Program-made: the position numbers and the translations under genes
Source: a virus
Taxonomy: Duplodnaviria; Caudoviricetes
DNA length: 38,322 nucleotides
Reading direction: 5' to 3' (one strand)
IMG/VR virus record: IMGVR_UViG_3300010376_000077
Coordinates: 1 to 38,322 of that record
In this document: piece by piece, positions 28,944-36,907 of the stretch
Layout of the letters: the number at the start of each line of letters is the position of its first letter
How positions within the stretch are numbered: the stretch's first letter is position 1
The notes under the pieces: generated by a model
The model's input: only the letters and a program-made list of their open reading frames with translations
Database searches by the model: none
Told to the model about the DNA's origin: nothing

Positions 28944-29168
28944 TCAACGCATTGGGCCAAAGCGCGCAAACGGGTCGGTCGTCGGAGGCTGTTCGGCGTC
29001 GCGCCCGTGCTGCGCCGCCGCCCAGTCGTTAAAGTCCTTGACATCGAGCAGCTCGTTCATCACTGCGAGATCACCGAGCGACACGCGGCTTTCGCTGACG
29101 TCGCGGTAGTTGCACAGCCCTGCCACCACGGGGCGCCACAGAAATTCCTCGCCCGAGGCCAGTCTCAA
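28944..29168 (-). CDS. second tail assembly chaperone (DUF6889-like), possibly made as a frameshift fusion
   Basis: GEEFLWRPVVAGLC.Y.......L.DLAVMNELLDV; directly before the tape measure gene; own start unclear (TTG at 29168). Confidence 0.7.
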   Translation of the reverse strand: MRLASGEEFLWRPVVAGLCNYRDVSESRVSLGDLAVMNELLDVKDFNDWAAAQHGRDAEQPPTTDPFARFGPMR

Positions 29169-29662
29169 GGGCTCGAAGCCATTGTGGGCCGCGCCACCGT
29201 TGGTGTAGCCAAAGGCGGCTGATCCAGGCCATTCGCCGCGGTCTGGGATGGCAGTAGCAGGGCGACAGAAAAATCGCTGAGACTCTCCTGCAATACCTCC
29301 CACAGCAACCGCAACTGGACATCGAGGCGGTCGGCGGCGCCGAGCATGAACACGCCGCCTGGCGCACGTAGAGGCAGCCACTGACTGCCCTGACGCCAAG
29401 CGACGCAGTGCAATGCGTTGTCAAGGATGAAATCGGCGTCGCCATCCGACAGCATGCCGATCGTGTTGGTCAGCGCCGCCAGCGCGTCATAGACATTGAT
29501 GTTGACGGTGGCGGCGTTGTCGTCGGCCGTCTGCCTGGCTAGGGCAAACAGCGGGGTCAGACCCTGCAAGACAGGCATCAGCCGCTTGACGACATAGAGC
29601 TGGGTACGCGTCGGCAGCGGCGCGATGCGGAACAACTGATTGTCGATCTCGACTTCCCTCAT
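29165..29662 (-). CDS. tail assembly chaperone
   Basis: E.EID...FRI..L....QL.V.KRL.PVL; position between tube and tape measure. Confidence 0.8.
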   Translation of the reverse strand: MREVEIDNQLFRIAPLPTRTQLYVVKRLMPVLQGLTPLFALARQTADDNAATVNINVYDALAALTNTIGMLSDGDADFILDNALHCVAWRQGSQWLPLRAPGGVFMLGAADRLDVQLRLLWEVLQESLSDFSVALLLPSQTAANGLDQPPLATPTVARPTMASSP

Positions 29663-30303
29663 GACGGCGCCTCGGGGTTGGGCGGCGGCTCGGGCGGCGC
29701 TGGTGATGGCGGTGGCGGGTCGGCGCGGCGGATTATGGTACGCGGACGGGTAGGTTGCGGGTTGCCATGACCAGGATTGCCATGACCAGGGTTGCCGTGG
29801 CCTGGGTTACCAGCGGCGGCGGCGCGCGCCACCATCTGCTCGACCTCGGCAGCCTCCTGTTGCCCCATCTCCTGACGCTTTTGCGCCGCCCTGCGGTGGC
29901 GCTCGGCCATGGTAGCCAGGCGCGTCGCCATGACGCGCGCCTGCTCGGCGCGCATCATCCCGCCTGGCGTCGCCGCCAAACGGTTGGCTTCGAGGCGGTA
30001 ATCGCTGCTCTCGCGCAGAAATTTCTCGACCAGCAAGATGTGGCACTGCGCTGCCTTGAGGTTGCACCACGCCTGATCGCTGGCTTTGGCGATCTCGCTG
30101 GTCTTGGCGCTGCGCTTCGCCCGCGCGCAGGCGTCGAGGTCGGTCTGCAACTGGTCGGCGGCGATGCGCCCCGCGCGCTCCAACTGCACGGCGCGGCCGA
30201 GCGGGTTGATGTTGCCCGTATCCGCCAAGTGACCGCCGCCGAGGGTGCGGCCAAACTGGTCGTAACCCCCCTCGACGCGGTTGAACTGATCTCGCGACAG
30301 CAT
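29659..30303 (-). CDS. hypothetical protein with GNPGH repeats
   Basis: GGAGG RBS; helical body, (GNPGH)x3, Pro-rich tail. Confidence 0.65.
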   Translation of the reverse strand: MLSRDQFNRVEGGYDQFGRTLGGGHLADTGNINPLGRAVQLERAGRIAADQLQTDLDACARAKRSAKTSEIAKASDQAWCNLKAAQCHILLVEKFLRESSDYRLEANRLAATPGGMMRAEQARVMATRLATMAERHRRAAQKRQEMGQQEAAEVEQMVARAAAAGNPGHGNPGHGNPGHGNPQPTRPRTIIRRADPPPPSPAPPEPPPNPEAPS

Positions 30304-30313
30304 GACTCACCTC

Positions 30314-31161
30314 CTAGCCAATTGGTATTGTCGGGCCCGTCTGCTGCTGGGCCGCCCCCGCAGCCCCCATCGATCCAGCTCCCGTCTGCGCGTACGGCAC
30401 CCAGTAATTTGTGCCGATGCCAAGCATTGGATCGACAAGGGCAACATGCATCTCCCACTCGATAGTATTACCTATCTTGGCGTAACTATTAGTTGGCATT
30501 CTGACAAATGCACAACCTTGGAGGGTGTACTTGTCCCCGCGCGATTTGTCGGTTATCGTGATCGTATTTTGCCCCCACAGGCTCGATTGCACGCGCTGAT
30601 AGTTATAAATTTGGATAAGCGCGTTGTTTATCGGGGAGGTCTTTAGTAATCTAAACGTGGCTGTGCCTGCACGACTGGCGTGCAGGCTGTTCATCACTGA
30701 ACCGTCGGCTCCACCTGATCTTCAGCCTGTTTCGCTACGACAGGCCCGTCCTTGCGGACTGCTGCACATTGCTGTGCAGAGGAGACTATATCTTCGGCCT
30801 CTTGATGAGGTCGCCCGGCGCTTCGGGCCGCTTGGCCCTACTCTCTCGCGAGATAGTCGTTACACCTTGAGCACGCGTTAAGCGTGAACCTTGGCACGGT
30901 ATTGTCCACGTGGGAGTTCCACCGTTTTCACCGGGTGCGCACCAGACTATTGCTAATCTGGGGGACTTACAACTAAATCGTTTGTGTGTTGGTCTCTTCA
31001 CTAAGAGTGATTGTAACACCCTCCTCCGCGCTACCTGAATTGGGCCCAGCAAACGGTATAGGAGCATTTAGAACCACACCATCGGTTCCTGGGCCACTCA
31101 TAGCGCAAGCTACATCCATAAAGGAGTAACTTCCGTAGTAAGGGTTGTAAGGATTCGTCAT
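30314..31161 (-). CDS. tail tube protein (DUF3277-like), spliced: exon1 31161-30977, exon2 30713-30314, ~194 aa
   Basis: YSFMDV...AEEG.TI...E.NT.TI joins in frame to GADGSVMNSLHAS..GT.T.RLLKTSP, the continuous family motif. Confidence 0.9.
30714..30976 (-). mobile_element. ORF-less group I intron (263 nt, subgroup IA-like)
   Basis: P AAAACGGTG, Q AATACCGTG, R GTAACGACTA, S AAGATATAGTC; P1 ACGAU/GUUGU with U.G at the splice site; P3 CCCGG/CCGGG; P7.1/P7.2; P9 with GCAA tetraloop; terminal G. Confidence 0.92.
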
Positions 31162-31280
31162 AACTCCTCCTTTCCGTGCAAACAGCCCGCAGTGGAAATC
31201 AAGTGCAGGGTTGCTACATAAAGCGAGGCCCGCAGCCGTTGACGGCGGCTACGGGCCTCTAACCACCAGCATGAGGACGC

Positions 31281-31988
31281 ATGCCAATGGCTGACGATTC
31301 AGGTATTCCCGAGATCATCACCCGTAAAGAGGCGCTCCAGCGCGGGCTCAAGCGCTACTTCCCAGGTACAGTTTGCAAGAATGGGCATTTCGCAGCGCGC
31401 CAGACATCTAACTGCGCGTGCATCGAATGCGTGAAAACGAACACAAGACGGTATTTCGCCAATCATCCAGGCAAACGAACCGAAACCTGGAACAAATGGG
31501 CGACTAAACAGTCCAATGAATGGCACGATGAACGCCGTGAACGGGATCTAGCTCGTCTATTGCTCCACTGTGAGCTTCGACCGGACCTACTGAAGAAGCG
31601 GATAAGCGATTGGCAAAAACGAAACCGCAAACGGAGAAACCAAACTACTAAGGACTGGTTTGATGCCAATCCTGGTAAGCACGGCCACTACAACGCATTG
31701 CGCCGTGCCGCCGAAGCCAATCCGTCGTGGGCTGACCAAGAAGTTATCGAACAGATTTACCGTGAAGCCAACGGAGTGGGGCTGACCGTCGAACACATTG
31801 TGCCGATAGGTCAAGAGCGCGATCCGCTTACCGCCGATGGCTATCCGATCCGCGGCCTACATGTCGCATGGAACCTACGACCGTTAGATGGCAGTACGAA
31901 CTCTAGCAAAAATGACAAAATGACCCGCAAAGACCAAGATTTCTGCGAACGGAACCCTTATCCTGGCGCAATCTATCCTACAACCTAA
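31281..31988 (+). CDS. free-standing HNH endonuclease, antisense within the late operon
   Basis: YF.G..CKNGH...R....C.C..C N-terminus; VEHIVPI...GLHVAWNLRPL....N.SK. Confidence 0.88.
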   Translation: MPMADDSGIPEIITRKEALQRGLKRYFPGTVCKNGHFAARQTSNCACIECVKTNTRRYFANHPGKRTETWNKWATKQSNEWHDERRERDLARLLLHCELRPDLLKKRISDWQKRNRKRRNQTTKDWFDANPGKHGHYNALRRAAEANPSWADQEVIEQIYREANGVGLTVEHIVPIGQERDPLTADGYPIRGLHVAWNLRPLDGSTNSSKNDKMTRKDQDFCERNPYPGAIYPTT

Positions 31989-32107
31989 AGGTCATTGGTT
32001 CACGAAGATGAGCACGTCTGCATGATTATCGAGATCCAGCTACAGGTCGGTTTTCAAATCCCCACAACCTAAAGTCATTGGTTGACAAAAATTAACACGT
32101 CAGCGTG
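31980..32107. repeat. imperfect direct duplication of the sheath 3' end plus flank
   Basis: 31992-32024 and 32075-32107 both encode HADVLIFVNQ* on the - strand; both are preceded on + by ACAACCTAAAG. Confidence 0.85.
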
Positions 32108-33658
32108 GTGAATTGCGCCAGCGCATTTTGCGAGGATTTGAATCAGTGGCGCGATGCGCGCCGCTCGATCCGCCAGAGACTGATCGCCCATGCTCGGGGC
32201 ATAGACGTAATACCCCAGGTTCAGCAGTTGCCCCTGAGTAATAGCGCCCACCCCTGGTGCATTCCACACACCAGGTCCAAGATAGCCATTACGAACATAA
32301 GTCGCGCACACCGCATCGCATGCGTTGATCAAAATAGTCATCCCCATATCGGTCTGCGGGACCTTCGTATTCGTCGTATAAAGCACGTTAAAGAGGGAGT
32401 TCTGCACATCAAGCGCCAGGGCATCCGCGCCGATGATTGTGTCGGTAAATTCGCCCGAGGCCGAAGTCCCGTATTGGATGATCTGCGCCCCGTTGGCGAT
32501 CCCGACATAGACATTGCAGTGCTTCTCCTGCAAGGTGTCGGCTTCCTGGTAGGTGATGTTCTCTGGCTGAACACCAGGTTGGCGCTTGTACATCAACGTA
32601 ATCGTTGAGTTCATTGCCCGCCATCTCGTGGTCAAGATACGCGACAAATACGAACAAATGGCATAGGGGTTTGACGTGCTGTATTGCACAGCGGTCTTGT
32701 TGTAGCCGTAGAGATAGAGCTGGGTCGGCAGATCCTCGGGCTCGATATCGGCCATGATACTATCAAGAACCCGCACATCGTCCGAGGTCGCGCCAAAATA
32801 CTTTGGCGGGTCGGCGGCCTCGCAATAGAGGGCAATGTCGAGCTGACCGCCGACGGCGTTGATCGCAGGGTCGGCGCTTGGCACGATAACTCCGTAGAAC
32901 AGACTGCTGTAGAGACCGTCGATCGCCTCGACCGCGCTCAGCGCCGTCTCGGGATCGGCCCCGCCGACCCGTCGCGCACCCGTTGCGGAGGTGCCCCGCA
33001 GCAACGGCGCGAGATCGGTGCCCGTGCCGCCCGCGATAGAAGTCAGATAGCCAATGCTCTCGGTGACCCCCGCCCCCAAGGTCGCGAATACAAAACGCTC
33101 GCCATCCCAATGCACCACCACATCCCCAGGAACCGCAGGCGGGGCGGGAACCGTGCCGCCCAGTGCTGTGACGACGGCAGCGTTGATAATGGCTGCGACA
33201 CCGTTCAGGTTGACAATGGTGCCAAAGTTCAGGCCCGTGATCGGAATGGGCGGGCCCGCCCCGATGGTGATCTCGAACTCGCCAAGCGGCTTGAAGCCTG
33301 GTCCCGCCGCGCCGTTGATCAATTCCCACACGGCGGGCCGTCGCTCGGCGGGGGTCAGCACGCCACAGCGCAGCATCGCTGGGGTCGCCTCGCGTATCCA
33401 GCGCCCAATCATCAGATTGTCGGGTGACGGCATCTGCGAGAACCACGCCGCGGCAGCGTGGTATTCCTCAGACTCATTGCCAAAATCATGCGCGATCTGA
33501 CCAATATTGGCGTACGAGCGCATGCGTTCATCGACATCGATGACGTGGCTGGTTCCAACAATTACTGCGGTATTGATAGCTGCTTCGATCACCGCAGGAG
33601 TGGTGAGGCTCACAGACACGCTCACATAGCGGCTAACTGGAAGGCCAGTTGTCAGCAT
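32075..33658 (-). CDS. tail sheath protein (DUF3383-like)
   Basis: GLPVSR.V.VSV.L, EY.AA..WFSQ...P..L.IGRW, NSTITLMYK..PGV, KVPQTD.G, AGAIH. Confidence 0.92.
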   Translation of the reverse strand: MLTTGLPVSRYVSVSVSLTTPAVIEAAINTAVIVGTSHVIDVDERMRSYANIGQIAHDFGNESEEYHAAAAWFSQMPSPDNLMIGRWIREATPAMLRCGVLTPAERRPAVWELINGAAGPGFKPLGEFEITIGAGPPIPITGLNFGTIVNLNGVAAIINAAVVTALGGTVPAPPAVPGDVVVHWDGERFVFATLGAGVTESIGYLTSIAGGTGTDLAPLLRGTSATGARRVGGADPETALSAVEAIDGLYSSLFYGVIVPSADPAINAVGGQLDIALYCEAADPPKYFGATSDDVRVLDSIMADIEPEDLPTQLYLYGYNKTAVQYSTSNPYAICSYLSRILTTRWRAMNSTITLMYKRQPGVQPENITYQEADTLQEKHCNVYVGIANGAQIIQYGTSASGEFTDTIIGADALALDVQNSLFNVLYTTNTKVPQTDMGMTILINACDAVCATYVRNGYLGPGVWNAPGVGAITQGQLLNLGYYVYAPSMGDQSLADRAARIAPLIQILAKCAGAIHHADVLIFVNQ

Positions 33659-33875
33659 TGGCTCTCTCCTGGGTGATATGCTAGTCTGCCGCCGCCGCGC
33701 TCTACGGGGCGTGGTCGAGGAAGGGAGGGGTGTTCTTTGCCAGGCGCGCGGCGGCGTCAGGTTCGGCTACGGGTAACCGGCCCTCTCTAAATAGGTGAGC
33801 TGCTCGGTCCCCTCCGCGGGGATAGCGCTGTCCCCGTCACCATAGGCCTAAGCTTCACTACCCGCCGCACCTCTC

Positions 33876-34205
33876 TCAGTACTCGCCGCCGTCACTCCCG
33901 CCATTGGTATCGGCGTAATGCTTGGTGGCGCTCTCGTGGTCGACAACGGGGTCCTGGTACAGAAATAATCGCCCTGTCAACTGATCCCCTGCCAGTCGCA
34001 CGACAGGCACCCACTCGCCGTCAAGACGGCCATAGGCATAGCCCGTGCCTTGCGGCGGCTCGGGCAATTCGCGCGGCACGATCTCGGTTGTCGTCTCGAC
34101 AGGCAGCGGCAGATTGAACGGGCGCAATGGCGCCGACGGGTAATGCACCTCGATCGGCTGCGGGATCACCGTCATCGGGTAACGCAGCACTGCTGTCCTT
34201 GCCAT
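33876..34205 (-). CDS. small virion protein with foldon-like and fibre-repeat motifs
   Basis: EPPQGTGYAYGRLDGEWVPV, GDQLTGRL.L..DP.....ATKHYAD, ends DGGEY. Confidence 0.7.
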   Translation of the reverse strand: MARTAVLRYPMTVIPQPIEVHYPSAPLRPFNLPLPVETTTEIVPRELPEPPQGTGYAYGRLDGEWVPVVRLAGDQLTGRLFLYQDPVVDHESATKHYADTNGGSDGGEY

Positions 34206-34219
34206 TCTACTTCATCCCC

Positions 34220-34274
34220 AAGAAAAGCGGCCCGCCCAGGGGGGCCAGGCGGGCCAAGTTAGGGAGGAAATCGT
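34220..34274 (-). ncRNA. SuhB/MmgR (alpha-r8)-like sRNA 3' module with terminator
   Basis: TTTCCTCCCTAACTTGGCCCGCC...GGCGGGCCGCTTTTCTT resembles the family's UUUCCUCCCU..ACUUG + terminator core. Confidence 0.6.
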
Positions 34275-35117
34275 CTAGTACAAATCCCCATCCAAAGGCC
34301 AGTTGAGATCATCGACATAGCGTTTGCTGGCTGGCTCGCTGGGCTGCACGGGCGATGCCGCCGTGTAAAGCGGTCCTTCCATCGTGCCGCCCGTGCTGGG
34401 CAACACCCGCTGCCAGGTCCGCGTGCCGCTGCGACCCCAGGCCGTGCCATCATGCGGCGCGTCGGTCATCGGCGGCTCGGGAGCGGGCGGCATGACGGTG
34501 AACGGCGTCTGATAGGGCGGCCCGCAAGCGCAATCGGCCTGGACGTAGCCCCGCACTCCGAGCAGGGTCAGGACGGGGTAGTTCTTTCTGATAATCCTAC
34601 GGAAGGTGATTTCCTTGTCCACCCTGTTGAGCCACTGGTTTTTGACCAACTCGGGAATGCGCCTGGATTCGTGGACCTCGACGAGCTTGACGCCGACCTG
34701 GTTCAGCACACTGTAGTTCTGCCAGACACAGGCGCCATCGTGCAGGTTCGAGCTATAGATTTCGGCCTGCGGCCCGTAAAACGTCACGAGCAACTCGAAC
34801 TCCTCGTGGCGCTGATACTGCACGAGACCATGATCGGGAAAGATCCACGGCCACATCGCTGGGTAGATGCCGACGGGGCGCGTGCTGGTGATGCCGATCG
34901 CGCACCAATCGGCGCCGACATCGGGCAGGTTTGGCGGGATCAATTGCCAGCGCGGGCGCACCAGGGTCTCCTCGATATAGGCGACGCCAGCCACCCATTG
35001 CTGCAAAAAATTCTCCAGCGGGACGCCAGGCTGGATCTGCTGGTCGGGGTAGGGCGGCTCGCGCGGCTGCAGATAGCCTGGAGCACTGCTGTCGGGAGCC
35101 TGATCGGGGATTGCCAT
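34275..35117 (-). CDS. neck/tail-terminator protein with C-terminal foldon-like extension
   Basis: S..GYL.P, VRPRWQ..PP..P....WCA.GI, FYGP, W..RVD...FRR...R.YPV. Confidence 0.8.
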   Translation of the reverse strand: MAIPDQAPDSSAPGYLQPREPPYPDQQIQPGVPLENFLQQWVAGVAYIEETLVRPRWQLIPPNLPDVGADWCAIGITSTRPVGIYPAMWPWIFPDHGLVQYQRHEEFELLVTFYGPQAEIYSSNLHDGACVWQNYSVLNQVGVKLVEVHESRRIPELVKNQWLNRVDKEITFRRIIRKNYPVLTLLGVRGYVQADCACGPPYQTPFTVMPPAPEPPMTDAPHDGTAWGRSGTRTWQRVLPSTGGTMEGPLYTAASPVQPSEPASKRYVDDLNWPLDGDLY

Positions 35118-35174
35118 AAATCTGTGCCGTGAATAGCTATTAGTTTAGTCGGAAAGCAACTTTGGGTTAGCCTC

Positions 35175-35483
35175 ATGTCGTCGTTCGGGTCGCATAGCTA
35201 CATGGCCCCTGACACCTTCCGCTGGACGGCGCGCCGCAAACTCGAACTCGTCAAGGCGCTGGTCCACGCCGACCAGACGACCCGCCAAGCGGTGCAGCAG
35301 CAATATGGCATCTCCGATGAGGAACTCGCCGAGTGGCTGCAGCGCTACGGCAGCGGTGACGTATTACAAGCGCGGGCCCGTCTGCGGGCCTCTGATATGA
35401 GCCTGCGCTGGGGCGGCAGGTCCCGCAAACTGCGCCGTATGGCCGCCGCCCGCGGGCAGAGCCCGCGCGATGCCGCCGACTAA
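35175..35483 (+). CDS. sciP: SciP/DUF1153-like protein (CtrA inhibitor homolog)
   Basis: PDTFRWTARRKLELVKAL...QQYGISDEELAEW...RLRAS matches the SciP pattern PDTxRWxxRRKAxVVxAV...RYxLxxEEFxSW...GLRxT; alternative start at 35202. Confidence 0.7.
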   Translation: MSSFGSHSYMAPDTFRWTARRKLELVKALVHADQTTRQAVQQQYGISDEELAEWLQRYGSGDVLQARARLRASDMSLRWGGRSRKLRRMAAARGQSPRDAAD

Positions 35484-35800
35484 CCCTGACCGTTGGGTTT
35501 TCGCGGCCGCACCCCCGCCCCCTGCGCAGGGCGCGGCAGATCGGAGAAGCGGCGGGTCAGATCGGTCGGGCTCTTGCCAAAGTGCTCGGGCAGGCGTTCG
35601 AGATCGCGGTCGGCGCGGTCCTGCAGCGCCGCCGCCATCGCGGCGCCCGCAGTAAAACCGATCTTGGCGAGGATCTCGCGCTCGGCTTCCGAGAATTTCG
35701 CGATGTCGAACGGCAGACCAGCCTGCGGCACCGTCAGCGCCTGGTTGGCCTCGACGGGCTCATCAGGCTTTGGGGTCCTGCCGTTGGGTCGTCTGGGCAT
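35480..35800 (-). CDS. hypothetical protein
   Basis: GAGGAGG RBS, 106 aa, lies in the late operon. Confidence 0.6.
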   Translation of the reverse strand: MPRRPNGRTPKPDEPVEANQALTVPQAGLPFDIAKFSEAEREILAKIGFTAGAAMAAALQDRADRDLERLPEHFGKSPTDLTRRFSDLPRPAQGAGVRPRKPNGQG

Positions 35801-35851
35801 GTCGCCTCCTCGCGCGCATACGCGCGCGTGAGAGAGATCTCAGAAAAGGCC

Positions 35852-36436
35852 TTATTTGTCGCGGATCACCCAGGTGATCGCCCGCATGTATGACCCGGTG
35901 TCGATCAGCGGGGTGGTGGCCTCGGCGGTTTGCGCCTCGCGCAGATAGGCCTTTGGCCGCGTCCCTGCTTCCATCTCTTGGACCATGCGGATGCGCTCGC
36001 GGTAATGGATGTCAGGGCGGCGCAAACGCCGTGCGATGATCGTGCTCTCGGCGAGCTGCGGTTCGAGGCCCGCGCGGATCGTCGCCTGCACCGAGTTGAC
36101 GGCGGCCTGGCCAGCCTGACCCATATACTGCTCGGCCATGTCGCTGTTGCCGTCGAGAGCGGCCCTGGCAGCGGCGGTGAGCCGCGCCTTGATCTCGTCC
36201 AGCGCCTTCTCGACCCCAGGGATCAGATGTGGGCGGGCCGGTATGTTGCGGGCTGGACTTCCTCGCTCATGTATATACCCGAGTGAAGCGTTTGAGATTT
36301 GACCAGATTTGCCGCCGAGCATGATGTTGAGCCACTCGGATTGTGCCCGACTGCTGGTCTCAAATGGGATGCCGACCAGCAGTTGCTTGCTCGCAAGCTT
36401 TTTGATTGCGGCGCCGATCTGGTCGAGATCGGGCAC
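35852..36436 (-). CDS. neck/tail-completion protein
   Basis: LLVGIP, NASLGYIHE.GSPARNIPARP.L, PLIDTG...RAITWV. Confidence 0.85.
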   Translation of the reverse strand: MPDLDQIGAAIKKLASKQLLVGIPFETSSRAQSEWLNIMLGGKSGQISNASLGYIHERGSPARNIPARPHLIPGVEKALDEIKARLTAAARAALDGNSDMAEQYMGQAGQAAVNSVQATIRAGLEPQLAESTIIARRLRRPDIHYRERIRMVQEMEAGTRPKAYLREAQTAEATTPLIDTGSYMRAITWVIRDK

Positions 36437-36892
36437 TTAGGCGGTTCCCTGCACGCTACCGCTGCCCAAGCCGCCGCCTAGCGGAGGCGCGTCGACGCTA
36501 TCGATCGAGATCGCGATACAGGAGCTGAACCCGCGCCCGTATCCCGTGTAATCCTGAACGGAATGCACGACAAAGGTGCTGCCATGCCATAGTAGCTCGT
36601 CTGGCTGAGTCTGGTCAAGCAGCCCAGTCGTCGGCATATCGCGGCGCACTGGGCCTTGAATGCGTATCCCCTCGGGGAAATACACCGAGATGGATTTGTT
36701 CATCATTTCGTATTCTGGAATTCTCTGCAAATCATCGGGACCAGTAGCGGTCACCACGGCAGCGATGTTGTCAAACCGCCGTTTGTAGCGGATGACGCGG
36801 CCATGCTGGTCAAGCGATTGCGCGATTCGGAAAACAGTCACGTAATCGATAAAACTGGGATCGAACGCGTCATTGACGTCGAGCAGCGGAAT
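36437..36892 (-). CDS. head closure/head-tail joining protein, apparent ATT start
   Basis: AAGGAGG-N5-ATT CCG CTG CTC GAC GTC (xPLLDV..DP.F.D) in frame with 36437-36841; ends D...W.G..F.V....DY..YG.GF. Confidence 0.75.
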   Translation of the reverse strand: MPLLDVNDAFDPSFIDYVTVFRIAQSLDQHGRVIRYKRRFDNIAAVVTATGPDDLQRIPEYEMMNKSISVYFPEGIRIQGPVRRDMPTTGLLDQTQPDELLWHGSTFVVHSVQDYTGYGRGFSSCIAISIDSVDAPPLGGGLGSGSVQGTA

Positions 36893-36907
36893 GGCGGCCT
36901 CCTTCGG

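Noticed and set aside
30786-31067. Intron-encoded ORF
   Set aside because: Out of frame with exon 1, runs through the ribozyme core and has no nuclease motif
30314-31161. Tube gene as a pseudogene or two separate genes
   Set aside because: The intervening sequence has a complete group I core and its removal restores the frame exactly
31224-31259. Hairpin upstream of the HNH gene as a late-operon terminator
   Set aside because: The U-tract is weak and the tube gene downstream needs high expression; more likely part of the HNH element's leader, function unassigned
35118-35175. CtrA box upstream of the SciP-like gene
   Set aside because: AT-rich with TTAG words but no TTAA-N7-TTAA
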